A DNA stretch of 63,051 bases, filler included, from Stramenopiles sp. TOSAG23-6 (taxonomy: Eukaryota), in the NCBI GenBank assembly GCA_900128565.1. It is 9 parts of 9 records of this genome, joined end to end, with 100 filler letters (N's around TTAATTAATTAA, not from the genome) between each part and the next. Parts side by side here need not be neighbours in the genome. Positions count along the whole stretch, not along the records: positions 21,127 to 28,057 come from LT636629.1; positions 28,158 to 35,076 come from LT636630.1; positions 35,177 to 42,080 come from LT636631.1; 6 more parts are not named here. One strand, given 5' to 3'. The position numbers were made by a program, and so were the translations under genes. Shown one piece after another: positions 23,249 to 36,009 of the stretch (position 1 is its first letter; every line of letters begins with the position of its first letter). Below the pieces are notes generated by a model, which worked only from the letters and a program-made list of their open reading frames with translations, had not been told where the DNA came from and did not search any database.

Positions 23249-23995
23249 TTAGGGTTGTGTTTGTTTTAGCCTTCCTTTTAGCTTCCTTTTGAGTTCACCA
23301 CTTAATCTATCGTGTTTTCTTTCTAGTTTTTCGATTGTCTCTTTCTGATCATCTTCATCAAGGCTTTGAAATTTATTGATATCTCCCAATATACGGTTAT
23401 ATGCATTTATCACAGCAGCTGATGGCCAGATTTTCGTCCCAACTGGTGGGTGTCGCTGTGCCTCGCCTAAATTAGACGCTTTAATCGTTACCTTCTCATT
23501 CCCCTGAGCATCTTCCAGCTTCTGAATTAGTTTCTCAATTAGAGGCATAGCTTTTTCGCTTTGTAGGAGTAAGGCCTGGACCTGGGGATAAAATGGATTC
23601 TGTTCCTTCATAGAAAGATGATTGTTTATTGTTTTTTCAAGAGCAAAATCTTCGTTTTTAGTCCCTGCAGCAAATGTAACCGTCCTCTTGGGCTTGGGTC
23701 TATCGAGAATCATAAGCGGTGGCTGGGCTGCCGGTTGCGCTGGCGCACGGTACAGTCGGAATGCCTGCTTGCTCATTATGTTTGAAAGATAGGATAAGAA
23801 ATCTGCGGAAGAAGCTTCTGTGGCCTTGCGTAAAGCAACGTTTAGGGCCTCGAAGGGATCTGTATCCGTCTGCGGTTTCCTATCTTCAATCAAAAGCACT
23901 GGTGTTTCTCCGTCACCGAATCGAGCGTCAACACATTGGAAAACATACAACGTAGCACTCACCACAACAACCCAAATTCTCATATTTCCTTTCAT
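23249..23995 (-). CDS. Secreted hypothetical protein
   Basis: Signal-peptide-like MRIWVVVVSATLYVFQCVDA; 248-aa ORF. Confidence 0.75.
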   Translation of the reverse strand: MKGNMRIWVVVVSATLYVFQCVDARFGDGETPVLLIEDRKPQTDTDPFEALNVALRKATEASSADFLSYLSNIMSKQAFRLYRAPAQPAAQPPLMILDRPKPKRTVTFAAGTKNEDFALEKTINNHLSMKEQNPFYPQVQALLLQSEKAMPLIEKLIQKLEDAQGNEKVTIKASNLGEAQRHPPVGTKIWPSAAVINAYNRILGDINKFQSLDEDDQKETIEKLERKHDRLSGELKRKLKGRLKQTQP

Positions 23996-24280
23996 GTGGT
24001 GTTAATTCAAACTTAGCGACGACTGGTATGCGGGTTTGACGTATCCGGATTCTAGCTAGATAAGATAACGTCTCTAAAGAAGAAGTGGAAAAAATCAAAA
24101 AAACGTATCCAAAATTAAAAATTGAAAAAAATATAATTCATTCAAAAGTGTTGCCATTCAAAAAGGGACCGATTTCCCCTAACCCTAATTAGTGGTCATT
24201 CATTCGTCTTGCTTGTCAAAGATTAAAGGTTACTGTCTTTGAAATTCTTTTTGTGATATAGAAAGCCAAATCCATTGTCA

Positions 24281-27200
24281 ATGTCACTACGTGATTGGTC
24301 GGATAGTTACCGACCTACAATGTCGAGAAGTGTATCATCATCTCTACCAAGTGATTGTGGGGCGGTCACAATGAAGTCACTTTCCTCAACGATAAAGTTA
24401 TTATCAACTGAATGGGATGACTTTCAGCGATCACACACGAATAAAGATTTAAAACACTTTATGGCGGCGGAAGAACTAAAGAAAACGAATAAGCAACTTA
24501 ATGATGAGGTCACATCTTTACAAGAGAGTCTTATAGAATCTAATTCAGTATCAGAAGCGCGACGACAGGCGTTAGAAACTTTACAAGTCAACCACGTAAA
24601 AGAAATACAAAAGTTAGAAACCACAGTAAAATTTCTTCAGTTTCATTATGCCGAATTAGTACAGCAAACAACAAACAACATTGTTTCAAACGCATCTCAA
24701 GTAGAATCAAAGAATAACTACAAACATGAAGATTTCCTTTACGATATAATGCCTACACTACCGCACACACTTCCAACGCAGAATTCGATTTCGATGAAAC
24801 AGAATGTGTCAACAAACCCTAACCCTAGAACAATGTTTCATAGTAATCAATTAAAGTCTATTCCATCATTATCAACACTTATGTCACCAGCTGAGTTTAT
24901 ACATGCTGCTGCAAATGGAGAGACATCCATTTTGGAAAAATGTTTGTCTCGATTTGCTCTTGATGAAAATGAAGCTTGTACGTTTCTTTAAAAAAAAAAA
25001 AAAAATTCATACAACTTTTTTTTTATACGGAATTTTGTACCTAACAATTTTTTTCTCAATTTTTTTCTTTACAATGCATCAAAATTGGCAAAAATATACG
25101 GTACCGCTTTAGTATATAGTCTTGCACATCAAAAACTCGACACTGCAGAGTTACTTATGTATGTTTTTTTTTTTTTTTTTTTTGTATGATTTTTTTTTTT
25201 CGTACGAAATTTTGTACCTAAAAATTTTTTTTTTTTTTTTTCAAAAACACATTCATTCCAATGCAGATTTACAAATGAGAACAGGTGATGGTCGAACAAT
25301 TCTTCATTGTGCTGTATCGGCCAATGTATGTTTTTTCAAGATGAATTTCAAATTTATGTTTTTTCAAGATGAATTTCAAATTTATGTTGCAAATTTAAGT
25401 TTAAAAAAAAAAAAAAAAAAAAAATTGGTTTTAGGATTTTAGGTTTTTCTTTCTGTATGGTCCTTTTTGTACCTAATCAATTTTTTTTGTGACATATTTT
25501 TTCTATATACATTGTTTAACATTGATAAATATAGTACTTCAAAACCTTGATCAAGGTAAAATTAGAACTTTACAAAAAAATCATAAAAATAATGCTGATG
25601 CTGATGTTGATGTAGATTGCAGGAATGTGATGCTTTCAAGAACAAAATTAAATTATGTATATTCTCAAAATTCACAGAATTCACAAAATTATCAAAATTT
25701 TCAAAATTGAATTTCAACAATAACATAAAAAAAAACATTAAAAAAAAAATCATAAAAAAAAATCTGTACCTAACATAAACATGAAAAAAAAAAATTGAAT
25801 ATTTTTGCACATTATATCTGAATGAAGTTGACAATGATGGGAATACTGCACTTCATATAGCTATTTTGTATGCCACATCTTTAGATATTATTAAAACATT
25901 ATTATATCATGGTATTAATATAGATATAAAAAATAATAATGGATGTTCTGCGATGAATCTGTACGTTTTATTTTTTTCAATTTCAAATTTATTTTTTTTT
26001 TCGTACGAAATTTTGTACTTAAGAAAAAAAAAATACAAAAAAAATATTTTTTCATAATACAGTATAGAGGAATTACAAATCGAATGTAATGAAAATTCAA
26101 AATCTAACCCTAACCCTAGTATGAACCCTAACCCTAATGGTGGTGGTGGGTCTCACATTTTTTTACATCATACAAAGATGAATCGTAGACATCGTTATTA
26201 TACTAACCCTAACCCTAATAAAGACATAGAAAATTCTTCAAGAAATGAAATAAAAAATGAAATAAAAGCAATTTCATCAAACCCTAACCCTAATGACGTC
26301 ACAAAACCTAAAAAAAATAAAATAAATAAAAACCCTAAAAACCCTAACCCTAGACAAATCACAACACCAACAACACAATCCATTTCTAACATGACACAAA
26401 TTCTACAATCAAAACATTTTCAATTTTGGAATAAATCACAATCTGGAACGTTACACTATAAAGCGACAGAATTCCAACAAGCGTTTGAAGATTTTAAATA
26501 TGCAATATATCTAGCCAATACTTTCACAACAGAACTAAATATTTCGCATACCGACAAAGCGAGACTTCATGTACGTTTCATTTTTTTAAACCCTAACCCT
26601 AGTAGCCCTAACCCTACTATTCAATATTTTCAATATTTTCAATATTTTCAAATGTAATCCAAATTCAATCATTTTTTAACTGTATACATCTTTGAATATG
26701 TGTAAACGCATCCCGAATGTCATTGAACATGTTAATACTCAAATGTGTTCAAATGTTTTAGGGTTAGGGTTAAAATCTCTTTTTTTTTTTTCATTTTTTT
26801 TTTTACAATTTTACATTTTTACATTTTGACGTTTCAATTTCAGTTTGAATATTTTTCACACTACATTACAACTGTGGTCGTGCTGCGTTTCAATGCATTC
26901 CGAAGAAAGTCGTACGTTCATTAAATCATGCAAACAATGCAATAGATTTTGCAGGTGAAAAAGGATACAGTGGAGCATTGCTCATGAGAGCAAATTGCCA
27001 CATGTATGTAACCCTAACCCTAATTTTTTTTTTCAATTTTTTTTCTACAACATTTTTTCGTACGAAACTTCGTACCTAACGATTTTTTTTGATTTCGTGT
27101 TTTTTTCACACCACATGTCCTTAATGGATTTTCCTAGAGCTGTTCGAGATTTTAAAGAACTTGTTACGGTTTACCCTAGCAGTAATAAAAAGGTACAAAA

Positions 27201-27897
27201 AACAAGAATTAAACAACTAATTCGTGCTAAAACGTACAACAAAGCAAGTTTTTATGACGTCATGTCATTATTCATTATTGAATATCGAGAAAAAATAATT
27301 TGTACGAAATTTTTGTACCTAACCTTTTTTTTTTAATTTTTTTTTTTTTTTCACAATGTAGTGGAGTTTCAAAACATGCTACAGTAAATGAAATACGCAA
27401 AGCCTATCGTAGAGCATGTACGTTGTCATCATCTTTTTTTTTTTTTTGTTTCTTGTACAATTTTTTTTTTCGTACAAAAAAATGTTAATTTTTGAAATTT
27501 TGAAATTTTTGACATTTTTGACATTTTTTACCTAACAAAAATAATATTTTTTGATATTATTCCACAATAAATCCATTATTTGGCATCCAGATAAAGCTTT
27601 ACTTAGAGCAAAACGTGAACAACAGTATCAGAATCAACTCAATATGCAAAAAAAAGTGTGTCAAAATTATGAAACAAATACAAAAAAAACAAATACAAAA
27701 AAAAATAATCAAAATACACAAAAAAATAATCAAAATACACGAAATAATGATGAAAATGCAAATAATGTACAACAAATTCCTTGTGATATTGAAACATCTT
27801 GTTATAGGGCAACATTACATTTCAAGCGTATAAATGAAGCAAAACAAATTTTATGTAATTCAAGCGAACGTTCGTTTTCATCATGAATTTCAAATTT

Positions 27898-27932
<35 letters not shown>

Positions 27933-28057
27933 GAAATTTTTTTCCTAACGATTTTTTTTTTTTTTTTTTTTTTAAACGAAATTTTTTACCCAACCATTTT
28001 TTTTTTTTTTTTTTCGGTAAAAAAAAATATATATATTTTTTCACAATACATGTGTCT
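24281..28057 (+). CDS. Coiled-coil / ankyrin / TPR / J-domain co-chaperone with 10 introns (24978-25079, 25159-25252, 25326-25512, 25657-25817, 25961-26062, 26571-26866, 27004-27116, 27264-27361, 27418-27572, 27870-28051); 3' partial
   Basis: Splicing gives a continuous frame: ELLI|HSNAD..DGRTILHCAV, DNDGNTALHIAI, ARLH|YNCGRAAF, YDVI|GVSKHATVNEIRKAYRRAS|IIWHPDK. Confidence 0.85.
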
Positions 28058-28157
28058 NNNNNNNNNNNNNNNNNNNNNNNNNNNNNNNNNNNNNNNNNNN
28101 NTTAATTAATTAANNNNNNNNNNNNNNNNNNNNNNNNNNNNNNNNNNNNNNNNNNNN

Positions 28158-28680
28158 GAAAAATATTTTTTTTTTTTTTTTTTTGATTTTTTTTTTTTAG
28201 GTACGAAATTTCGTACGAAAAAAAAAATTCAAAAATTCAAAATTGAAAAAAAATAAAAACATACATGAGACAAGGATCAAATAAGATTCCTTTTTCTTTG
28301 TTAGAATAGAGAGAATCAATTGTATTCAATACAATTAGCCCAATAGCACCATGTGATTGTGCATTTAATGCTTTCTTTTGGAATGTACATGTATCACCAC
28401 CACCGCGTTCAACAACTACAATTTTACCCAATAAAATAGAACTATTTGTGTTTGTTGTACATCCAAACTTTCCAATGATTGATGCGTCATACACCAACTT
28501 TGTTTCTACATTTATATCCGCTGGAGAGTCATTTTTAGAAGAACGAAATGCATATACAACCTTGTCTTGGCCATGTATACTAAGTTTTACATTTGGTATC
28601 AATGAATTGCTTACACCAACTACAGACACAATGAAGAAACACAAATATGGAATTAGAAAACGCATAACTGTAGACAACAT
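28158..28680 (-). CDS. Signal peptide plus PA (protease-associated) domain protein, 3' partial; family intron from 28264
   Basis: GKIVVVERGGGDTCTFQKKALNAQSHGAIGLIVLN. Confidence 0.85.
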
Positions 28681-29157
28681 TACCAGTCTTTGCGGATATT
28701 AACCAAAGACTACAATCAATCAAAATCAGTTGAATCACGTAGTATAGTGTAAATTATCAAAACTATACATGCAATACGTAATTGTCAAAGTCACTTGAAA
28801 AGAGTATACCAATTATTGAATATTATCTTTTCATTCAATTATATGTAAAAGAAAGTGGTTGAAAGAGAACTGTGTGTTTGAAGTGTACGTAGCAAAACTT
28901 GTGAGTCAAAAAAAAAAAAAAAAAAGAAAACACGAAATATTTTATGAACGAAGCAGGCCGCAGGAGCCGTTAAAAATCGTATCCTGTTTTAAAAAAAAAT
29001 TGTTGTTCTTTCCGCTTGCCCTTGCAATTTGAAATCCAACCGACGTAAAGAAAGAGCGTATTCGTATCCTTGAGACGTATCGTGAATTTGAAAACGTATT
29101 TCATTATACAAAAAGAAATCAGTTGTATAAGGCTATAACAGAAGAAAAGAAGAAACC

Positions 29158-30201
29158 ATGAACAAAGTAATCGTTGTCGTCGTACTATTTTTACAACTTG
29201 TTGTAATAATTGAAGGAGCGTCTACATTTATGCGAAATTTAGCTGGAAGGCTGGCTGTAACTCAAGCTGCACATGTAGGGCAAAAACTTACACGGGCAAA
29301 CGGACATCCTTCAGGACAATTCGTTGCAATGCCACAACAAAATCAAGAACAACCTGCTAGAGGAATATCCGAAGTAGTAACAGCATCAAACGCAAGAGCA
29401 CTCGAAGTAGCAGAAGCATCAAACGCAAGAGCATCAACTGGTTTTCATACTATTGGACAACTGGGTCAGCAAGATGGATCCGTGGTTTTGAATCCAGATT
29501 ACAAAACATTGGCAAGCAAAGAACAACAACAACAACGAAAAGAAAAACTTTTGGAAATTCTTGGTTTGCCTCCAACCGCAACGCGTGATCAATGGAGACG
29601 CAGGATGCATGAATTCTGGCGACAATTCCATCCTGATAGGAATCGATTGTCAGACGAAGAACAAAAAAGAAAGAGCGAGGAATATACACGATTGATTAAT
29701 GAGATAAAAGATGGATTAGAACAAATTCAACAACAGACAGATGCTCTTCCTATAACAGATAGAGAAGCAAACGCAGCAGCAGTCGCACAAGCAGCAGCAG
29801 ACGCACAAACAGAAAAAGAAACAGCTGAAAAAGCAAAAGCAGCAAAAGAAGCAGAAGCAAACGCAGCAGAAGCAGCACGGGAAGCGGCCGCGCTAAAGCT
29901 CCAAGAGGCCACAGCAGAACAAGCAGAAGCAAAAGCAAAAGCTGCAGCAGAAGAACAAGCAAAAGCAGCAAAAGCAAAAGCAGCAGAAGAACAAGCAAAA
30001 GCCGCAGAAGAACAAGCAAAAGCTGCCGAAGAGAAAGCTGCCGAAGAAGCTGCCGAAGAGAAAGCTGCCGAAGAGAAAGCTGTCGAAGAAGCTGCTGCAT
30101 TGAAAGCTGCCGAAGCAGCAAGAGACGCGGCAGCAGCAGCAGCTGCATACCCATCATCATTTGATGTTGACGAGTGTAAGCGGTACTGTAAGGCTGGTTG
30201 A
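29158..30201 (+). CDS. Secretory protein with J domain and Ala/Glu/Lys-rich helical tail
   Basis: Signal peptide; LEILGLPPTAT..FHPDRN; AEEKAAEE repeats. Confidence 0.8.
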   Translation: MNKVIVVVVLFLQLVVIIEGASTFMRNLAGRLAVTQAAHVGQKLTRANGHPSGQFVAMPQQNQEQPARGISEVVTASNARALEVAEASNARASTGFHTIGQLGQQDGSVVLNPDYKTLASKEQQQQRKEKLLEILGLPPTATRDQWRRRMHEFWRQFHPDRNRLSDEEQKRKSEEYTRLINEIKDGLEQIQQQTDALPITDREANAAAVAQAAADAQTEKETAEKAKAAKEAEANAAEAAREAAALKLQEATAEQAEAKAKAAAEEQAKAAKAKAAEEQAKAAEEQAKAAEEKAAEEAAEEKAAEEKAVEEAAALKAAEAARDAAAAAAAYPSSFDVDECKRYCKAG

Positions 30202-30262
30202 GGTGATTATTGTTGGATAATTATCAACTACAATGAAATCTAAAGTGAAACCATACTAAGCT

Positions 30263-30318
30263 AAACGATACAAAGCAATCATTTTGTTTTAAACGATACA
30301 AAGCAATCATTTTGTTTT
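30263..30318. repeat. 28-bp tandem duplication
   Basis: AAACGATACAAAGCAATCATTTTGTTTT twice. Confidence 0.8.
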
Positions 30319-30432
30319 AGATTTACGGAGTAGAATCAAGAGAGAAGGACAAGGAAAACATTTATCGATAACATCAATATTTATAAATGCTATCTTTGTT
30401 ACATCCAATTTTATCTGTATTTATATCTATTC

Positions 30433-30639
30433 TTAATCTTTGGTACCAAAAGTATCAGGGAAAATCTTTGGCAACGCTGGGTACACAACCCAACCGCCCA
30501 ACAATGCGGCACCGAAACCCCATGGAGCAACTTTTGTTCCTTGTCTGATTAAATAGTTTGGATTTGGCATTGTAAATTTTGTACGATATCCAGTGTGTTT
30601 TACAGCTCTTGCAACATTGTGTCTAAAAATAGGGTTCAT
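30433..30639 (-). CDS. Small mitochondrial single-TM protein, possibly cytochrome bc1 subunit QCR10-like
   Basis: Basic presequence-like N-terminus; PWGFGAALLGGWVVYPAL TM segment. Confidence 0.5.
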   Translation of the reverse strand: MNPIFRHNVARAVKHTGYRTKFTMPNPNYLIRQGTKVAPWGFGAALLGGWVVYPALPKIFPDTFGTKD

Positions 30640-31117
30640 CCTGACAAAATGTATATTCTATTTCCTGTGTAATACAATACAGTATATTATTTCTTGCGGT
30701 CGCGGGATTGAAAAGAGAGAGCGAAGAAGAAGAATCAGCGAATCGCGCTTTGATGAGTTGTCGACTGACACGCGTGATAATTTATGATACCCGGTACTAT
30801 TATATTTTTGACTCGAGTGCGATAAAGAATTCTTGTTTTGTTGTTGTTCGTTGTTGTTGTTTTTCTACAAAATCTAAAAAAATACAACATAAATAATATT
30901 ATTATTATCTCGTGTGCACATACAACCTATTATTAGTATTATTAAAGATACTACCAATGCAATTATCCCATATATAATTATGCATGTGTAAAAGGTTGTA
31001 GTGGTACTTAATTTATTCATTGTTTTGTGCTTAGATATTCTAAAGCACATGATTCGGTACATTTGATTGTACTTACTGGACAAAGTACCTGTCGTCGTAT
31101 TGACTGACCTTGAAACA

Positions 31118-32453
31118 ATGTCAAGCTCAGATATTTTCCCTCTAAAGAAGCAGTTATCTAGCCTGATTCAGTGTGATATTCAAGACAACAATGCAATATT
31201 GAATGTATTAGATTTAGTAGACAAGGAATCAGTCACAACAAAGTTATTAAAAAGTTCTTCTATTGGAACAGTTGTAGGTCGATTACGTCGACATGACAAC
31301 CCAGACATAAAAAAGAGGGCAACCACGTTAGTTAAAAAGTGGAAGCAAATAGTCACTGACGAAATGTCAACCAAGTCTAAAGACAAACCTCAAAAGGAAA
31401 AGCGTATCCTTCGAATGGTATCCTCTTCATCAACAAAAACAACAAAAACAACAAAATTGACAAAAACAACAAAATTGACAAAAAATAAAGGTCTAAAGAA
31501 AATCCCACGAATTTCTTTAGTTGGCCAAACACATTCATCTCTCTCTCCAAATAGGTTAAAAGTAGTTGAGATATTTGCAAATATTATATATGATCACGTC
31601 TCGCCGAATACGTTACATTCTGATATAAGGACAACACCAATGTTTTCATTTATTAAAAAAAACGTTGCAATTTCACAATTGTGTGAAATCATTGCAAAAA
31701 ATGTTGAGATTGCAATGTTTCATTATTCAAATAATAATTTCAGATCATCAGAATATAAGGAGAAATTTCGTGCTTTGCGTTTTAATCTGTGTGAAAATGT
31801 TGATTTAGTTCGTAGATTATTTGTCTTTTATCAAATGACACAATCAATGTCATCGAACCCTAACCCTAATCATACAGAATCAATGTCATCGAACCCTAAA
31901 AACCCTAACCCTAACCAAAGGACAAGACTTTCTCCTGAGTCTACCAGTGAAATTTCAAAGACTAACCCTAACCCTAACCCTACTCATTCAAATTCAAATT
32001 CAAACGATATAATGAATGATGGTGCATTATCATATGATGCATTAATACGACTAAGACCTGAGCAATTAGCTACAAAAAAACGTAAGAAATTGTTAGAAGA
32101 GCAAAGAGAAGCAAAATTTCAGGAACGTCGAGTAGACTGTAAATTTTTTTTTTTTCAATTTTTTTTTTCAAATTTTTTTTTTCAATTTTTTTTTTCGTAC
32201 GAAATTTCATACCTAACAAATATTTGAAAATTTGAAAAAAAAATTCAAAAATATTTTTTCAAACACATGGGACCAAAAAAATGAAGATAAAATAAACAAA
32301 CAAGCTGGTATTCAGGGTAATAAAGGATTATTTAAATGTCGTAGATGTCATAAATGGAAAACAACAAATTATCAGAAACAAACGCGATGTGCTGATGAGC
32401 CAATGACTGTTTTTGTACAGTGTTTAAATTGTGGAAATCGATGGAGATGCTAA
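31118..32453 (+). CDS. TFIIS: Transcription elongation factor TFIIS (GT-AT intron 32139-32268)
   Basis: N-terminal [29 protein letters not shown]; Zn ribbon [27 protein letters not shown]. Confidence 0.93.
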
Positions 32454-32626
32454 TGTATAAGGGTTTTTGTTTTTTGTTTTTTATAAAAGAAATATTTTCA
32501 TGTTCAATTTTTATTATATATATATATATATACAGTATACATAATGAAAAATAAGACTAGCTATCTAAAACTTATACCATATTTTCTACCAAAATTTAAA
32601 AGCGAAGGTAGGACATTACATTTTTT

Positions 32627-35032
32627 TTATTTGACAGGTGGATCGACAGCGTTACAAAAATGTTTGTACTGAACACAAGTTGGATCTTTTACAGACCTGA
32701 ACTCCTCTATCAACGCATTCATATTTGGTCCAATAGATTGCGTGAGACGCAATTGATCCAGGACAGCAACAAATACTCTTGCAGGAACAGTCCCTTGCCT
32801 GTTTCGATCACGTGGTGTAAAATATGTCTTTGGAGACATACGCTTCTGTGACACAACTTTTCGTACCGCTGCAATTGCATCTGCCGCCGCATTTCCTCCT
32901 ATCCCAGAATTTGTTGCTTCCTCAACAAAATTACCTTCATGGATGGTTTCCTGAATATTACTAACCCAATCTTGATAATCAATCATTTCACCTAGCGTAT
33001 TATCGTAATGCTTATATCTGTCAGATAAAACTGCCAATTCAGCGGGAGTGATTTGGCCTGATCCAACAGCTGCATTTATAGCCGTGGCAAATTTTGCTTT
33101 TGAAATGTAACCTTTTCGTAATTTATCGTAGTCGTACATGAAATCACTCATATCCACGCGAGCTTGAGACACCAATGCAGCTACTTTTTTGTTGACGGAG
33201 GCAACTGAGATGAGCACACGTGAGTCGTTAGTCGATCCAATCTTTGTTTCATCATTGCTCAAATTCTTTTGAAGATTTTTTTTCTCAAGTGCCAAAAGTC
33301 TTTCTTCTACTTTTTCAATGGCAGAAATAAAATCTTTGTAATTCACTAAATTTGGACCTGCTTCGTATGCATATGATACAAGTTTTGCATCTGTTTGTGA
33401 CAAGGAACCCATAATCATTGTCATGGCACGACGAAATTGACTCTTTGTGATCGTNCCCCGCCGTATTCGATCAAAGTCTTTAAACACTGGGTGAATAAGA
33501 ATTCTGTCCTTCTTTACTCGTGCTGATGTCCGTTCCAATAAATCGCGTAATTGGTCTTCTTCTGCTTCATTTAATCGGTCAAAAGGATCAATCTCCATAT
33601 CATTTTGTTTTAACCGTATAGCTTTGGCAACGTCGTTTTCGGGATCTTGTTCCAATCCTCTAATAATATCATCCATGTAATCAACAAATGATCGATATGC
33701 ACAAAACGAACGTCCTTGTCCGTCTGTTAGTTGTGGAGCAGGATACTTATCCGCAATGGATTCCACTTCCTTTACACTTAATTCAAATCCAGCAGTACTC
33801 AGCGCTCTCATTAATTGGGTTCTTTTAATGACACCGCGTTTTAGTGGATCAAAATCCATGAAAAAATCAGAACATTTAATGTTAAGTTTTTTTGCTCGTA
33901 ATTTCATCCTTCGCAGAACTGCATCTACAGATACATGTAGAGGTTTTCGTGATGCTCTTGTTTTAGATAAAACTGACATCTTATACCCTTTGTTTGGTTG
34001 TGAAGCACGAAATTTACGCTCAATTTCTTTAGGATCCAAATCGTTAATGTCCTTCATGAAACGAAGATACGCTACACCACGATCTTTATCAGTATATTTC
34101 TCAATAATTGCTCTCAACTCTGCAGGCGAACAGACACCTAGAGCAAGTTTATTATTCGATAAACTTCTTGTAAACATATTTTCTGTGAGATGTTTAGAAT
34201 TTCGTCGGTCAAAATCTTGAAAATTTGGTTTTAATGCAATATTATATTCTCGGATTCGTCTTGCTAATTTTTGAACACCTGACTGAGCCAAATCAAAACC
34301 AACAGATGATTTGCCTTCCTTGTCATCATTTTGATTATCTGACTTTCCTCCAAGAAGTATTGTAAAAAATATTTCAAAATTTTTTTGATTGTAAACATCA
34401 TTAGGTACAAAATGAACTACAAAAACAATTTAAAAACAATTTAAAAAAAATTAAAAAAAAAAAAAAACATACCCGCTCACGTCGACATTCATAAATATCA
34501 TCCAACAAAGCATTATATCCAATTTTATCATTCGCTTTTTCATGATATATCAAAGATGCACATTGTATCTCAGGGCCCATGTATTGTAGAAAAATATTCA
34601 AAAAAAAATTAAAAATTGTTAGGTACAAAAATTTTTTACCAAAAAAAAAAAATTCAATTTCAATTTCAAATTAAAAAAAAAAATAAAACATATATCATCG
34701 TCGTCCCACCCGAGTTATTCACTGCACGAATAAATTGTGATTTTGAGACATATCCTGAACGTAAATTATCGAAATCGACTAAGCAGCCTTTTACATCAGA
34801 ATTAGATGCAGCAAGATCAGTAATGAGTTGCTTTGCATATTTTCGAGATTTTGATTTTGGATGAATTCGAGCTGTTGGACTCTTTCGTCCACTGGTATTT
34901 TTTGGTTTGGTCGAATCACCATATTTGTCCTCAACAATGTCAATCATTTCCAACATGTATTGTTTAGAAATATTTCAAAATTTGAAATTTTTGTTTGTAC
35001 ACATGTAAAAATCATTAAAATCATTAAAATCA

Positions 35033-35076
<44 letters not shown>
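32627..35076 (-). CDS. Multi-EF-hand protein (5' partial; introns 34355-34472, 34579-34693, and one ending at 34955)
   Basis: Repeated FxDFDxLRxGxIxxxQFxRAL units. Confidence 0.85.
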
Positions 35077-35272
35077 NNNNNNNNNNNNNNNNNNNNNNNN
35101 NNNNNNNNNNNNNNNNNNNNTTAATTAATTAANNNNNNNNNNNNNNNNNNNNNNNNNNNNNNNNNNNNNNNNNNNNGTTTTTGTCAATTTTTTTTTTTTT
35201 TTTTGTTTTTTCATAGAAAATTTCATACCTAACAAAAAAATAAAAAATAAAAAATATTGTACAAAAATATAT

Positions 35273-35646
35273 GGGTATTCCCCAGTATAATATTGCCGCT
35301 TATAAACAATCAGCCGTTACGTCGCACATAGGAAAACTTCGTGGTCGTTTGATGATTATCCATGTACGCTTTCATCATGAATTTTAATTTTGTACCAAAT
35401 TGCGTACCTAACGATTTTTTTTACCAATTTAGAATTTCTTAATTTTTTTCACAATTTATGGACTTCTGGACGAAAATGTTCATTTTCAACATTCGGCACA
35501 GTTAGTGAGTGCTCTAACAGCTGCACACAAACTGTACGATTTATTGATTTTTCCAGATGAGCGGCATTCTCCTCGTTTGAGTAAAAACAAATCGTATTTG
35601 TTGAATCGCGTGGTAGATTTTTTTCAAAAAACATTTGAATAAATAA
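35273..35646 (+). CDS. Dipeptidyl-peptidase IV family (S9B) C-terminus; GT-AT intron 35364-35459
   Basis: LMIIH|GLLDENVHFQHS..LLIFPDERHSPR (catalytic Asp and His); not in the ORF track. Confidence 0.9.
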
Positions 35647-36009
35647 AGTCAAAAATTCAATTTTTTTATTAGGTACAAAATTTGCTACAAAAAAAATAAC
35701 TAAGTAATTCAAATATATAAAAGTTATAAATACAAATGAGAGTAATTTTATTAACAATCTATCGTAAAAATGACCCGAGACAAAATGAACCTAAACGTGG
35801 AATCAAATAAGTGTTTTTGGTACAAATTTTGCTACCTAAATTCAACTTTGTCAACCTAGAACAACAGAATCCAATATGAACATTTTTCCAAATACATCAT
35901 ATCTCTGAATAAACAACATATATTCTATATATATCATTACAACAAATATTGAAAATGTATTCAAAGTATTGTATCATATGTAAGACACCTAAGAATTTTC
36001 TTGATACAA

